The notes: generated by a model not told the origin, from the sequence alone. DNA of 64,000 nt from an uncultured Nitrososphaerota archaeon (GCA_964594835.1 CAZQNA010000005.1:21319-85318); one strand, 5' to 3'; counted from the first letter of the stretch, positions 46,053 through 57,245 are shown. Made by a program: numbers and translations.

Positions 46053-48989
46053 CTACTCGATGTAGAGCGCCGGCCTGCCCGGGATGGCCAGCCCGGCCTT
46101 CCCCATGGGGTCCGGGACCTCCCTCCCCGGAGGGGCTATGATCACCTCTTCCAGGCCGGTCCTGTCCCTGATCATGCCCACCAGCGCGGAGAACATCTCC
46201 CTCTCCGCCTCCGGGGTAGAGTGCCTGAGGGCGCCCTGGGCGCCCACGAACTCCCGGATCAGGTGCTCTGCCTCCTTCCCGTGGGACCTCAGGAACTCCG
46301 AGGCCACCCTGAAGGCATCCCTCTGGTTTATTGGGGGTTTGAGCTCCGCCTCCAGCCTGGAGAGCATCTCGTACTTCCAGTCCGACGCCAGGTAGACGAA
46401 GAGCCTCTTCTTCTCTCCGCCGACGGTCCTGAGGATCTTGTTCACGTCTTCTATCGTCCTCTCGACCACCCTGAAGGCCTCCTCCAGCTCCGGCCTGAGG
46501 GCCCACTCTCCCGGCTCGGGCCACGGCGCCAGGGAGACGAAGCCGTCCCCGCCGAGACTCTCCCAGATCTCCTCGGCGAGGTGGGGGATGAAGGGCTCCA
46601 GGGCGATCGACCAGGCCATGAGCATCCTCCTGAGCAGGCTGAAGTCGCGGCCCCCGTACCTCAGGTACACCTCCACGTCCCGGAGGTGGTCGAAGAAGGC
46701 CCTTATCGCCGCGTCCCTGTACCTGTGGTTCGCGAGCATCTCGTCCACCTGGGAGAGCATGGACGATGTCCTGGACTCCAGCCACCTGGCCAGAACCCCC
46801 TCATCCCTCTCTCCGGCGGAGCCCGCGTCGGCAACCATTCTGAATATCTCGACGAACCTCCTGAGCCTCCCGCCGACGGTCTGGACGTCCCTGTCCCTCC
46901 AGTCCAGCACGGTCGCCAGGTCCGCGGCGCTGACCGAGTAGAGCCTGAACCAGTCCGCGGAGTAGATCCTCGGGATCTCCACGAGGGGTATGACGTTGCC
47001 CTTGCTCTTGCTCATCTTGGTGCCCTCCCTGATGACGGGCTCGTTCAGCGTGATCTTCCTGGGCCAGTGATCCTCGTCGAAGAGCGCCGCGTGGTGCATG
47101 ATGAAGAACGTCAGGTGGTTGGTGATGTGGGCTATCATCGTGTGCCTGTGGTCCACGGGGTACCAGTACTCGAACTCCTCCCTGATCCGCCTGAGGTCCT
47201 CGGGCGAGACCCCCACCCTCTCCGCCAGTTCAGAGGGGTCTCCCCTGCCCCAGAACACGTAGTCCCAGAACTCGACGCCCATCCTCTGCGGGTCCATCTG
47301 AAGCTCCCTGATCCTGTGTATGACCGTGTAGAAGGCCATGTAGATGGTCGAGTCGCTCAGCGACTCGATGATCCACTGCCGGTCGAACGGGAGCCTGGTC
47401 CCTATGCCCCTCTTCCTGGCGCAGGGCCTCTTGTCCAGCCACTCTATGGTGTCCTCGAAGAGCTTCCTGTACTTCTCGGGGACTATCGCCATCAGCTCCA
47501 GCGCCCTCCTCCCGCGCTCCTTCCACCCTGGGGCGTTGAAGTCCAGGAACCACTGGTCCGGCAGCACCGCGACGACGACCTTCCCGCCCGACCTGCTTAT
47601 CACGGGCTTCTTGAGGGCCGTCACCTCGTAGAAGGTGAACCCGAGGCCCCGCTCGAACAGGAACTCCCTGGTCCTCTCCTTTGCCTCCGTGACCCTGAGC
47701 CCGGCGAAGGGGCCCGCGGTCATGACGCCCTCGTAGAACTCCCTCTTGTAGATCTCCTCCGTGGCCGCCTCCAGGGCGTCCCTGTCCTCTTGGCTCCTCA
47801 CCCCGTGGCGCTCGCAGGCCTCCCTGGCGGGAAGCTCCCCGTACCCCGGCAGCCTGATTATGGGGATGGGCTCCAGGCCCTCGACGAGCTCTCTCGGGGC
47901 GCCGAACCTCTCTGGGTCCGACTTGACGTCCATGAGGGCGGCGTAGTCGTAGGGGGCGTGGGCGGGGACGCTGTAGACCACTCCCGTGGCCTCGTCCGGA
48001 TCGACGAAAGTCCCCGGGAGCACCGGGACGGACCTGCCCACCAGCGGGTCCCTCACCCTCAGACCGACGAGGTCCCTCCCCCTCAGCTCTCTGACCCTCT
48101 TCACCGGGTGCTGCTGGAGCCTTAGCTTGACCTCGGCCTCCTCCGATACCACCCACCGCTCCCCCTCCGCCTCTAGCTCGACGTACCTGGCGTCGGGGTT
48201 GACCCAGACGTTGGTGACCCCCGGGAGGGTCTCGGGCCTCAGCGTCGCGGCCACGAGATACCTGCCCCCGCCGGCGTCGAACTTCACCGCGGTAAACTCC
48301 ACGATCCCGGGCTTGATCTCGTCTCCGCCCAGTATGTCGTCCTCTCCGACCGCCTGCTCCTCCATCACGTCGTAGAGGACCGGGTGGCCGCCCTGGACTA
48401 TGAACCCCCTCTCCCTCAGCCTGATGAACTGCCAGGACACGAAGGAGTTGTACTCCGGATCCCCCGTGGTGAACCTCCTCCTCCAGTCTATGGAGTAGCC
48501 GAGGGCGTCGAAGTCGGAGCTGATGACGCTGGAGAAGAACCTCATGACCTCCCACGGGTCCTTGAACCTCTCGATGAGCCTGTCGATCTCGCCCTCGTCG
48601 TCCACGTAGAGCCTCAGGTAGGAGCGGTAGAGCCCGATGTACTCCTCGTCCCCCATCCTGATCCTGGCGGAGATGGCCTCTATGGGGGTGCCGGTGATGT
48701 GGAAGGCCATGGGCCAGAGCACGTTGTAGCCCTTATGCCTCATGTAGCGGGCGTGAACGTCCCCGATGGTGTAGGTCCTACCGTGACCTATGTGCAGGGG
48801 TCCCGACGTGTACGGGTAGGGCACGGTGAGGAAGTACTTGGGTCGCGAGGGGTCGGGATCCGCCTCGAAGATCCTGGCCTCCTTCCACCTCCTCTGCCAC
48901 TTGGCCTCTATCGAGCGGAGCCAATCTCTGAAGTCGTCTCTCCCCTCGCCAGCGAAGTAGATCACCTGAGGCGGGCCCTCTCGCCCCAC
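46053..48989 (-). CDS. leuS: Leucine--tRNA ligase (archaeal type)
   Basis: 'PYPYTSGPLHIGH', 'ATLRPET', 'SVPAHAPYD', 'IESLSDSTIY', KMSKS; true start may be GTG ~48965. Confidence 0.97.
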   Translation of the reverse strand: MGREGPPQVIYFAGEGRDDFRDWLRSIEAKWQRRWKEARIFEADPDPSRPKYFLTVPYPYTSGPLHIGHGRTYTIGDVHARYMRHKGYNVLWPMAFHITGTPIEAISARIRMGDEEYIGLYRSYLRLYVDDEGEIDRLIERFKDPWEVMRFFSSVISSDFDALGYSIDWRRRFTTGDPEYNSFVSWQFIRLRERGFIVQGGHPVLYDVMEEQAVGEDDILGGDEIKPGIVEFTAVKFDAGGGRYLVAATLRPETLPGVTNVWVNPDARYVELEAEGERWVVSEEAEVKLRLQQHPVKRVRELRGRDLVGLRVRDPLVGRSVPVLPGTFVDPDEATGVVYSVPAHAPYDYAALMDVKSDPERFGAPRELVEGLEPIPIIRLPGYGELPAREACERHGVRSQEDRDALEAATEEIYKREFYEGVMTAGPFAGLRVTEAKERTREFLFERGLGFTFYEVTALKKPVISRSGGKVVVAVLPDQWFLDFNAPGWKERGRRALELMAIVPEKYRKLFEDTIEWLDKRPCARKRGIGTRLPFDRQWIIESLSDSTIYMAFYTVIHRIRELQMDPQRMGVEFWDYVFWGRGDPSELAERVGVSPEDLRRIREEFEYWYPVDHRHTMIAHITNHLTFFIMHHAALFDEDHWPRKITLNEPVIREGTKMSKSKGNVIPLVEIPRIYSADWFRLYSVSAADLATVLDWRDRDVQTVGGRLRRFVEIFRMVADAGSAGERDEGVLARWLESRTSSMLSQVDEMLANHRYRDAAIRAFFDHLRDVEVYLRYGGRDFSLLRRMLMAWSIALEPFIPHLAEEIWESLGGDGFVSLAPWPEPGEWALRPELEEAFRVVERTIEDVNKILRTVGGEKKRLFVYLASDWKYEMLSRLEAELKPPINQRDAFRVASEFLRSHGKEAEHLIREFVGAQGALRHSTPEAEREMFSALVGMIRDRTGLEEVIIAPPGREVPDPMGKAGLAIPGRPALYIE

Positions 48990-49080
48990 GATAAAAGGCT
49001 TTTTCTCAGGGGGCCATAGGGGCCTCCCTCGGGTGGGCCGCCCTGCGCTCGAGAATATCTTATCGTGATATATCGGTCTC

Positions 49081-49095
49081 GATAATTTTATTATC
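49081..49095. promoter_or_regulatory. Inverted repeat GATAAT-TTT-ATTATC overlapping the probable TATA of the ABC operon
   Basis: Perfect 6-3-6 palindrome in an AT-rich divergent intergenic region. Confidence 0.55.
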
Positions 49096-49120
49096 TTCGC
49101 CCGGTGCGGCGAGCTGACGG

Positions 49121-49802
<682 letters not shown>

Positions 49803-49816
<14 letters not shown>

Positions 49817-51356
49817 GGCTGCCCTCCTGATCCTCCTCATCTCGGCCCCCCTGGCCCTCGCGGGGGCCGAGGCCGATCAGTCGTGCGATGTTCTCCAGGC
49901 GGACGGGGCCTCTTGGACCCCTGAGAACTACCGGGGACCCGTCTTCCCGGGGACGGGCCTGGTGCACGTCTCGCTCGGCGTCCGAAACAACGGAACCCGG
50001 TCTGTGACCGTGCTGGACGCCGAGGTCAGGCTACCTCCAGGCATAAAGTCTGTCTCCGGATCCTCGTCCCTCAGGCTCCCCACACCCGTGGCGATAGGCC
50101 CCCGCCAGAGGACGTCGCTGGAGTTCGACGCCTACGTCACTGCCGCCGCCGACCCCGGGACCGCGCTCATCACGCTCGAGTTCAACTTCTCCGAGGCGGG
50201 CATGAGATCGGCGGAGCCCCGAACCTGCGTCGTCTCATACCGCCTGAGGGTGACGAGGCCGCCCGAGCTGACCCTGATCCACCGCCCCCTCTCCTTGTTG
50301 CAGGGCTCCACGGGCACCCTCCGGGTGACCCTGGTCAACAGGGGGGAGGCCGACGCCCGCATAGTCTCCGTGCAGGTGTTCTCCAGAGAGCTCACCCCCC
50401 TGCTTACGAGCCTGGCGGAGGGGGTCGTGATAGGCCCGGGAGAGTGGGCCGACCTCGACGTACCTGTCTCCGCCCCAGCCGACTTTGAGGGCGAGGCGCT
50501 GATCGCCCTCAAGGTGAGGTACGCCTTCGAGGCGGGAGAGAGAACCGCCGAGTTCTCCCTGCCGGTCAGCGTGTCTCCCGAGGGAGAGGCCGACCTAGTG
50601 ATCTCGGTCTCCGAGACGGGCCTCTCTCCCGGCGTGGAGAACGAGATTGACCTTACGATCGAGAACGAGGGTGACTCCAGGGCCGAGGGCGTACACCTCT
50701 CGATCCAGCCGGGACAGGGTATCACGGTACTCGGACCCTCGTCCGTCAGGCTAGGGGACATCGGCCCCGGAGAGTCGACGAGGGTCGGGCTCCGCTTGCT
50801 TCCCTCCGAGGCCGTTGAGGCTTACGAGCTGAAGGTCGAGGCGGCCTACTCGAGCGGGGGGAGGTCGGCCGAGAGGACGGTGACCCTCGGCTTCTACAGG
50901 AGCCAGAGGGCGAGGGTGACCGTGACCTCCCTCTCCTCCGAGTGGGTGGCGGGCAAGCTCTACATGCGTGGCCTGCTGGCGAACGTCGGGGACAGGCGGG
51001 CCAAGAGCGTTAACGTCACGGTCGTCGATGGCGCGTGCGAGGGGCAGGGCGTGTTCCTCGGAGAGCTCGACGCCGAGGAGACCTTGACCTTCTCCATATC
51101 GTGCGAGCCTGCCGGGAACGAGACCTCCGCGACCCTCCGCGTCTACTACATGGCCGCGCCCGGGCAGCTCGAGTTCTCCGACTCGAGGGTGAGCGTCCCG
51201 GCCGAGTCGCCCGAGCTGCCGTCGGGCGGGTCCCCGGGGGCGACCCCGCTGAGGGGGGCCCAGGGCACCCTCGCCGCCGTCGCCGCCGTCGCGGCCGCCG
51301 GCATAGGGTTGGTGATCGGCAGGCTCTCGGCTCGGGCCCCGAGGGATGAGGGTTGA
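49803..51356 (+). CDS. Secreted Ig-like repeat (COG1361 S-layer-domain-like) protein with C-terminal TM
   Basis: Signal peptide; repeated 'N.G...A' and 'LGDIGPGES' beta-sandwich motifs; typical position between ATPase and FtsX permease. Confidence 0.78.
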
Positions 51357-52549
51357 GGCTCTCCGACATACTCAGGTTCTCCGTGAAGGCCCTGGCCTCG
51401 CGGAAGAGGAGGACGGCCCTGACCATGCTGGGCATACTGGTCGGGGTCCTCACGCTCACGGCCGTCGTCAGCGTGGCCCACGGGTACAGCACGGCCGTGG
51501 TGAGCGTCATCAACATATCCAGCCCCCGCCTGATTCTGGTTCTCTCCAGGGAGAGTCCGCTGGACGACTCAGACCTATTGAGGCTGGAGAACGTCCCCGG
51601 GGTCGAGAGGGCAGTCCCCATGATCACGTTCCCCGTCCAGGTGCGGGTCGGCCCGGACACCAGGACCGTCACGGTCGTAGGCGTCGACCCAACCTACGTG
51701 CAGGACATCTTCCCGGGGCTAGAGCTCAGCTCCGGCGCGTGGCCGGCGCCGGGGGAGCAGGCCGTGATACTCGGTAACTCGATAGCCAGCTCCTACTTCG
51801 GGACGATCGAGGGGATAGAGGGAGTGACCCTGAGGGGGGAGGCCTTCGGGAGGAGGTTCTCCGCCAGGGTGGCCGGCGTCGCCGCCCCCTACGGGACGAG
51901 CATCCTGGCCGACGTGGACTCTTCGGCCCTGATGCCGCTGGAGGCAGCCAAGAGGATCTTCGAGGACTTCAGCGGACTCCGGGGGTACGGGGCCGCGGCG
52001 GTCATAGCGGTGGACGAGTCGGCCGTCGACACGGTTCTCCAGCTGATCAGGCTCGAGCTCGGGGATCGGGTGGACTACGTGGCCATGCGCGACATTCAGG
52101 GGGCCCTAGATCAGGCCGTCCGGATGGCGGTGCTGGTCCTGGGAGGGGTCGCGTCCATGACCCTCGTGGTTGCCGCCATAGGCATCATGAACGCCATGTT
52201 CACGGCGGTCACAGAGAGGACCAGGATAATTGGAGTCATGCGGGCCATGGGCGCCTCCAGGTCAGACGTGGCCCTCTCGTTCCTAGCCGAGGGGGCGATA
52301 ATGGCGCTCATCGCCGGCGCGGTGGGGATAGCGCTGGGCTACCTGACCGGGAGCGCCCTCGTGGCGGCAATAGCCGGTGGAGGGGCCGCCGGACCTCGGG
52401 GCGCCGCCCTCGAGCTCTCAGTCAGCCTCCCGCCAGAGTACGCCGTCGGAATCTTCTCGGTGACGCTGGCCATAACCGTCGTGGGCGCGGTCCCTCCCGC
52501 GCTGAGGGCAGCCTCTCTGGAGCCCTCTGAGGCCCTCAGATACGAGTGA
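51353..52549 (+). CDS. ABC permease (MacB/FtsX family)
   Basis: 'R+RRTALTMLGILVG', 'IGIMNAMFTAVTERTR.IGVMRAMGA', 'PA.RAA.L.P.EALRYE'. Confidence 0.93.
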   Translation: MRLSDILRFSVKALASRKRRTALTMLGILVGVLTLTAVVSVAHGYSTAVVSVINISSPRLILVLSRESPLDDSDLLRLENVPGVERAVPMITFPVQVRVGPDTRTVTVVGVDPTYVQDIFPGLELSSGAWPAPGEQAVILGNSIASSYFGTIEGIEGVTLRGEAFGRRFSARVAGVAAPYGTSILADVDSSALMPLEAAKRIFEDFSGLRGYGAAAVIAVDESAVDTVLQLIRLELGDRVDYVAMRDIQGALDQAVRMAVLVLGGVASMTLVVAAIGIMNAMFTAVTERTRIIGVMRAMGASRSDVALSFLAEGAIMALIAGAVGIALGYLTGSALVAAIAGGGAAGPRGAALELSVSLPPEYAVGIFSVTLAITVVGAVPPALRAASLEPSEALRYE

Positions 52550-52593
52550 GGCTTTAGGAAAACAGGCGGATTGATGAGAAAGGTCAGGAGAGT

Positions 52594-52670
<77 letters not shown>

Positions 52671-52692
52671 GTCCGTCCCGGCACCTCCGCGG

Positions 52693-52699
52693 AATTAAA
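52693..52699 (-). promoter_or_regulatory. TATA box of tRNA-Lys
   Basis: TTTAATT 23-29 nt upstream of the tRNA 5' end. Confidence 0.65.
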
Positions 52700-52718
52700 C
52701 CTGTCGCGGCCCGTCCCA

Positions 52719-54449
52719 TCACGCGAGGAGGCCGAGGAGGGCGATCGGGAGCATCGGGACCGCGGCCCCCAGGGCCACGAGGGGCGCGGCGTGGTCGGCC
52801 GTGACGGCAGCCAGGGCGATCGAGTCCACTGCCTCCCTGCCGACCATCATGACGTCCAGCTCCCCGTAGCCTGCTCTGGCCTCGACGACCTTCTCTGACG
52901 ATCTCGCCTCATTCAGCGCCGCCTCGACCAGCTCGAGCACGGCCTCCTCCTCTCCCCCAGATCCCACGGGGTTTATCGGCGCCTCGGGGGACAGGGTGAG
53001 GTGGGTGTCGGTCGTCGCCACGACTGGCTCGTACCCGGCGGACCTGACCCTCGCGCATATCCTGGCCCTGAGCTCCTGGAGCATGTTGTTGCCGTCCACC
53101 GAGAGGTACGCCACGGCCCAGGACCCATCGCCCCCCCTGAGGGTGATGACCCGGACTCCCCCGGGTCCGACGCTCCTGAGCGACTCCGGGGCCCTCGCCG
53201 ACCCGAACCCCGCCAGCACCCGATCGGACGTCGGCGAGGAGACTGCCTCCGAGTAGGCCCTCCAGACCACCTGGAGAATTGCCTCCTCCTCGGGGCTGAA
53301 GGGCTCCACGCTCCAAGGTTCTCCCAGGCCCAGGGAGTCGTGCCTGTCGACGACCAGGGGGACGGGCCCTCCCCCTGAGGCGAGGGTCCTCTCCCTCAGC
53401 CTGAGCTCGACGGTCTCCGGGAAGTCCTCCGTGTCCCTCGGCCAGCCCGAGACCGTGATCAGGACGTAATCCCCGAACCTCTGGGCCGTCACCTCCACGC
53501 CGGCCCCCTCGGACCTCAAGATCACCGGCGACCCGACGCCCACCGAGCTCGCCGACTCGGCGATCCTCAGGCTCTGCTCAGCCACCTTGTCGACCCACCA
53601 CCTGCTGGGCAGGTTCCTCGCGTGTGTGCTGACCCTCCTCAGAAAGAGAGGCCTCAGACCGGCGTCCTCAAGTCTATCCAGCACTCTGAAGGGGCCGTTG
53701 GAGCTTCCGGCCTCTCCCAGTGGCCCCGGGTGGAAGTCTGGTGAGACCAGCAGGAGGTCGCCGAGCCTCACGGTCAGCACCCCGACCCTCCCGGGCCTCG
53801 CCCTCGCCGCGAGTATCGACTCGAGCGGATCCGGGTCCCCGACCAGGAGGAGCCTCGCGATCGCCCTGACGGTCTGCAGGACGTCCTCCCCCACGAGCCT
53901 CCTGGATATGCGGTCCTCGGTCTCGAGCGTGAGCCACAGGGTGACCCCGGCCGTGGTGACGGGCAGACCGAGGAGGAGCGGCGACATCTCACCGGACCTG
54001 ACAGGCCACCAGGCGACCAGTAGCGGGATCAGACAGGAGGGGATGGCCCTCTCTATCTCCATCGTCATGGAGAGGGCCGCGAGGGCTCTCAGAAAGACCG
54101 TGGCGTGTATCCCGGCGAGAAGCCCTGAGTACACCCCCTTGGCCCCCAGAGGGGCCATGACGAGCGGGGTGACCGAGAGGGGGGCCTGAGAGAGCGTCAC
54201 CAGCCAGGCGGCCCTCCTCCTGTCCAGCGAGCCGCCTGCGCCGCTCAACAGAATGAACGCCAGTACAAGTGACGAAGCATATGTTGCCGTTAACCACGCC
54301 GAACTGTTGATTCCGCACCTCCAAGAGCAGGCCAGAAATACGGCCGCGCTCTCAACGGCCCCCGCTGCGAGCGCAAGTCGAAAACTGCCTAATCTAAAGA
54401 CCGTTCTAGCGGCTCTGATTATACCTGTGTAAACTACGTGGAATGCCAT
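52719..54449 (-). CDS. DUF2070-like membrane protein
   Basis: N-terminal TM helices; 'FHPGP', 'STH..N', 'VDRHD', 'DGNNM', 'TTDTH' motifs. Confidence 0.75.
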   Translation of the reverse strand: MAFHVVYTGIIRAARTVFRLGSFRLALAAGAVESAAVFLACSWRCGINSSAWLTATYASSLVLAFILLSGAGGSLDRRRAAWLVTLSQAPLSVTPLVMAPLGAKGVYSGLLAGIHATVFLRALAALSMTMEIERAIPSCLIPLLVAWWPVRSGEMSPLLLGLPVTTAGVTLWLTLETEDRISRRLVGEDVLQTVRAIARLLLVGDPDPLESILAARARPGRVGVLTVRLGDLLLVSPDFHPGPLGEAGSSNGPFRVLDRLEDAGLRPLFLRRVSTHARNLPSRWWVDKVAEQSLRIAESASSVGVGSPVILRSEGAGVEVTAQRFGDYVLITVSGWPRDTEDFPETVELRLRERTLASGGGPVPLVVDRHDSLGLGEPWSVEPFSPEEEAILQVVWRAYSEAVSSPTSDRVLAGFGSARAPESLRSVGPGGVRVITLRGGDGSWAVAYLSVDGNNMLQELRARICARVRSAGYEPVVATTDTHLTLSPEAPINPVGSGGEEEAVLELVEAALNEARSSEKVVEARAGYGELDVMMVGREAVDSIALAAVTADHAAPLVALGAAVPMLPIALLGLLA

Positions 54450-54506
54450 TGGGAGTCGCCGCCATAACTTGAAACTTTTTATTTAGGTTTCCTCACTTTA
54501 CGGTTG

Positions 54507-54530
54507 TAGGGGCGCGATAATGCGCCCCTA
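54507..54530 (+). promoter_or_regulatory. 9-bp perfect hairpin in the leader of the Lrp gene
   Basis: TAGGGGCGC-GATAAT-GCGCCCCTA, downstream of TATA-like TTTTTATTTA (~54476). Confidence 0.55.
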
Positions 54531-54559
54531 GATGGTGAGAATGTAGGGGTGAGTTTGTA

Positions 54560-55066
54560 ATGCCCAGAAGGAAGGGTATAACCAACCGCGAGTTAAACAT
54601 CCTGAAGAAGCTCGTTGAGGACGGCCGGGTGACCTACACCCAGATAGCCAGGGAGCTGGGCATGAGTCCAGCGGGCGTCATGAAGAAGGTCAGGAAGCTG
54701 GAGGAGCTCGGCATAATCAAGGGCTACACCGCCCTGGTCGACCACGCCAAGCTGGGCAAGGGGTACAAGTACATAATCCTGATGAGGACGGAGCCGGGCA
54801 AGCACGCCGAGGTGGCCAAGAAGGTCGTTGAGATCGCCCCCCAGAACGTGCTGGAGGTCCACGAGATAACGGGCCCGTACGACATAATAGTGAAGCTCAT
54901 CGCGGGAGACCAGCACGAGCTGAACGAGCTCCTGAAGAAGATACTCAGCATCTCCGGGGTCAGGGAGACCAACACGTCTCTGGTCCTGGAGACCGTCAGG
55001 GAGCAGGCCTCCATAGTCCCGGAGGAGATACCGCCAGAGGTACTGCGCTCCCTGGCCAAGGCCTGA
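54560..55066 (+). CDS. Lrp/AsnC transcriptional regulator
   Basis: 'ILKKLVEDGR..Y..IA.ELG.S...V..+V+KLEE.GIIKGY', 'EVHEITGPYD'. Confidence 0.95.
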   Translation: MPRRKGITNRELNILKKLVEDGRVTYTQIARELGMSPAGVMKKVRKLEELGIIKGYTALVDHAKLGKGYKYIILMRTEPGKHAEVAKKVVEIAPQNVLEVHEITGPYDIIVKLIAGDQHELNELLKKILSISGVRETNTSLVLETVREQASIVPEEIPPEVLRSLAKA

Positions 55067-55098
55067 CTAACCTCAAGACCAAGGAGGGCTGGGCGGGG

Positions 55099-56070
55099 TT
55101 ACGGCGCGCTCTCCCACCTGGGACCGAGCGGCCGTGCCTCCACGCCCAGCTCGGCTGTTAGCCCCCAGGCTAGGTCTCTCGTCCTCCCCCAGACCGTGAA
55201 CACCCTCTCCGCCTCTGACCTCCTAGCGACCTCGATCAGCCCCCCGTAGTCGGCGTGAGAGCTGAGCGGAAAGCCCGCGTCCGCCCACCGCGGCACCCTC
55301 AGGACCGTCCATCCGGTGGCCAGGGACAGTCTCGCGTCGGCGGCCACGCCCCTGGAGCTCACCACCAGGACGGCGGCCCCCTCTCCCCCCTCGCCTGCGG
55401 GCCCTGCCTCCAGCCTGACGCTGGAGTGGCGCCTGTAGACCTCGGTCACCCTCAGGACCTCTCGGTCCGCCAGTACCGGCACGTCGAGCATCCTGTTCAG
55501 CGCGGCTATGACCTCCTGGGCCTTGCCGACCGCGTAGGCCAGCACGGCCGGCCTGCCCCCCTCACCGATAACCCTCGCGGCCCACAGGGCGAGGTCGGTC
55601 CTGACCCTCTGGGGGTGGGGGAATCCAAACCTCGGAGAGCCGTAGGTCGACTCCATCACCAGGACGTCCGCCCTCGGGACCTCGGCCGGCGACTCCACGG
55701 TCAGGCCCCCCAGGGGGTTGACGTCCCCGGTGTAGAGAAGGGACCCCCTCCTCCCCTCGATCAGGAACATCGCCGAGCCCAGGACGTGGCCCGCCGGATA
55801 GGCCGTGACCGTCAGGCCCCCGATCTCGAGGGGCTCCCCGAACTCGACGATGAGCGGCTCCTTAATCCCCCCGTATCGGGCGGATATCACGTCGGCCGTG
55901 GGCCGTGTGCAGGCCAGCGGCGAGGTCGACCTCCTGACGTCCCTGGGCACGTGGTCGGCGTGAGCGTGTGTGACGAGGGAGACGACCCCCGGCTCGGTCC
56001 TCCTGGGATCCAGGAGGATCCTGGTGTCTCCCTCCCTAACCTCCACACCGTTTGACAGCCTTACCTCCAA
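55099..56070 (-). CDS. Metallo-beta-lactamase/beta-CASP nuclease
   Basis: THAHADH, 'AGHVLGS', 'YTGD', 'ESTYG', 'Y.VGKAQE', 'LSSHAD'. Confidence 0.9.
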   Translation of the reverse strand: MEVRLSNGVEVREGDTRILLDPRRTEPGVVSLVTHAHADHVPRDVRRSTSPLACTRPTADVISARYGGIKEPLIVEFGEPLEIGGLTVTAYPAGHVLGSAMFLIEGRRGSLLYTGDVNPLGGLTVESPAEVPRADVLVMESTYGSPRFGFPHPQRVRTDLALWAARVIGEGGRPAVLAYAVGKAQEVIAALNRMLDVPVLADREVLRVTEVYRRHSSVRLEAGPAGEGGEGAAVLVVSSRGVAADARLSLATGWTVLRVPRWADAGFPLSSHADYGGLIEVARRSEAERVFTVWGRTRDLAWGLTAELGVEARPLGPRWESAP

Positions 56071-56191
56071 CGGGGCCTCCGGACCTCCCGCCAGGCCTTA
56101 AGGGTTTCCGGCTCCGCGGCTCCTGTGACCAGTCGGGGCGTCGTAGTCAAAGTTATATCCCTCGGCCCCACGTGGGCGAAGGGGAGGAGGT

Positions 56192-56356
56192 ATGCCAAAG
56201 AAGAAGAAGGAGCGGAGCTTCATGCCCATGTCGACCGCCGGCCTGCTCTCCTTCTCCCAGGAGGAGTCTGGCGGGCTCAAGGTGCCAAAGTGGTTCCCAG
56301 TGGCGGTCTCAATCGTTTCGTCCGTGGTCCTGCTCGTGCTCAGGGCGACCGCGTGA
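56192..56356 (+). CDS. secG: Preprotein translocase subunit Sec61beta (absent from ORF track)
   Basis: Hand translation MPKKKKERSFMPMSTAGLLSFSQEESGGLKVPKWFPVAVSIVSSVVLLVLRATA; RBS GGAGG and TATA-like TTATAT upstream. Confidence 0.85.
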   Translation: MPKKKKERSFMPMSTAGLLSFSQEESGGLKVPKWFPVAVSIVSSVVLLVLRATA

Positions 56357-56368
56357 GGTGCCAATCCC

Positions 56369-56695
56369 TTGAGGATCTCCGAGGCCCAGGCGCTCATTCG
56401 TGACACCTACCACGAGAGGGACTCGGAGAGGGGCGCCCCGCTGACCGCCCTGCACCTAGTCGAGGAGGTGGGGGAGCTCCTCGAGGCCATAAGGCGGGGG
56501 TCCGAGGACGACCTGAGGGCCGAGGCGGCGGACGTGTTCGCCTGGCTCCTCAGCCTCCTGGACCTCCTCGGGGTGGACCTCGAGGAGGCTTTCGTCGAGA
56601 GGTACGGGTCGGGGTGCCCCAGGTGCGGCCACAAGCCGTGTAGGTGTCCCCCTCTGGAGGTTGGGAGGTGGTCCGGTGGAGTTCCTGACCGTTAG
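56369..56695 (+). CDS. MazG-like nucleotide pyrophosphohydrolase with C-terminal Cys cluster
   Basis: 'LVEEVGEL', 'EAADVFAWL', 'CPRCGHKPCRC'. Confidence 0.88.
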   Translation: MRISEAQALIRDTYHERDSERGAPLTALHLVEEVGELLEAIRRGSEDDLRAEAADVFAWLLSLLDLLGVDLEEAFVERYGSGCPRCGHKPCRCPPLEVGRWSGGVPDR

Positions 56696-57245
56696 GCCAG
56701 ACGACGTGCTCGAGATGGCCATGAGACTTGCCGGGGAGATCAGGAGGGACGGCTACGAGCCGGAGGTCCTCGTCTCTATCTTCAGAGGAGGGATGGTCAT
56801 AGCCCGCTACCTCAGCGACTTCCTGGACGTGAGGGAGATAAGGAGCGTGAGGATAGAGCACTACTCCGCCCTCGAGAAGAGGGAGGGGGCGAGGATCGTG
56901 GAGCCCCTCAGGGAGAGGGTTGACGGCAGGAGGGTCCTGGTCGTGGACGACGTCGCCGACACGGGAGACAGCCTGGAAGAGGCCGTCAGGCACGTGAGGG
57001 AGATGGGGGCCTCGGAGGTCCGCGTGGCCACCCTGCACTACAAGCCGTGGAGCAAGGTGGTCCCGGACTACTTCGTGGAGGAGACCGAGAGCTGGGTGGT
57101 CTATCCCTGGGAGTACGCCGAGACCGCCAAGTTTCTATTGGAGGCCCTGACGAGGGAGGGATCGAGCAGGGAGGACGCTCTACGGGTGATACTGGAGGAG
57201 GCGAAGATCCCAGAGAAGGTGGTGCGATGGCTGGGCCTGCTGTGA
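56676..57245 (+). CDS. Purine phosphoribosyltransferase
   Basis: 'I.RGG', PRPP loop 'VLVVDDVADTGDSL', 'PDYF....WVVYPWE'. Confidence 0.92.
   Translation: MEFLTVRPDDVLEMAMRLAGEIRRDGYEPEVLVSIFRGGMVIARYLSDFLDVREIRSVRIEHYSALEKREGARIVEPLRERVDGRRVLVVDDVADTGDSLEEAVRHVREMGASEVRVATLHYKPWSKVVPDYFVEETESWVVYPWEYAETAKFLLEALTREGSSREDALRVILEEAKIPEKVVRWLGLL

Noticed and set aside
46035-48125. 696-aa plus-strand ORF (and similar long overlapping ORFs elsewhere)
   Set aside because: Antisense shadow of leuS with no motifs
47570-48390. LeuRS lacking Zn-knuckle cysteines
   Set aside because: Cys-less variants of these segments are known in other archaeal LeuRS, so not novel
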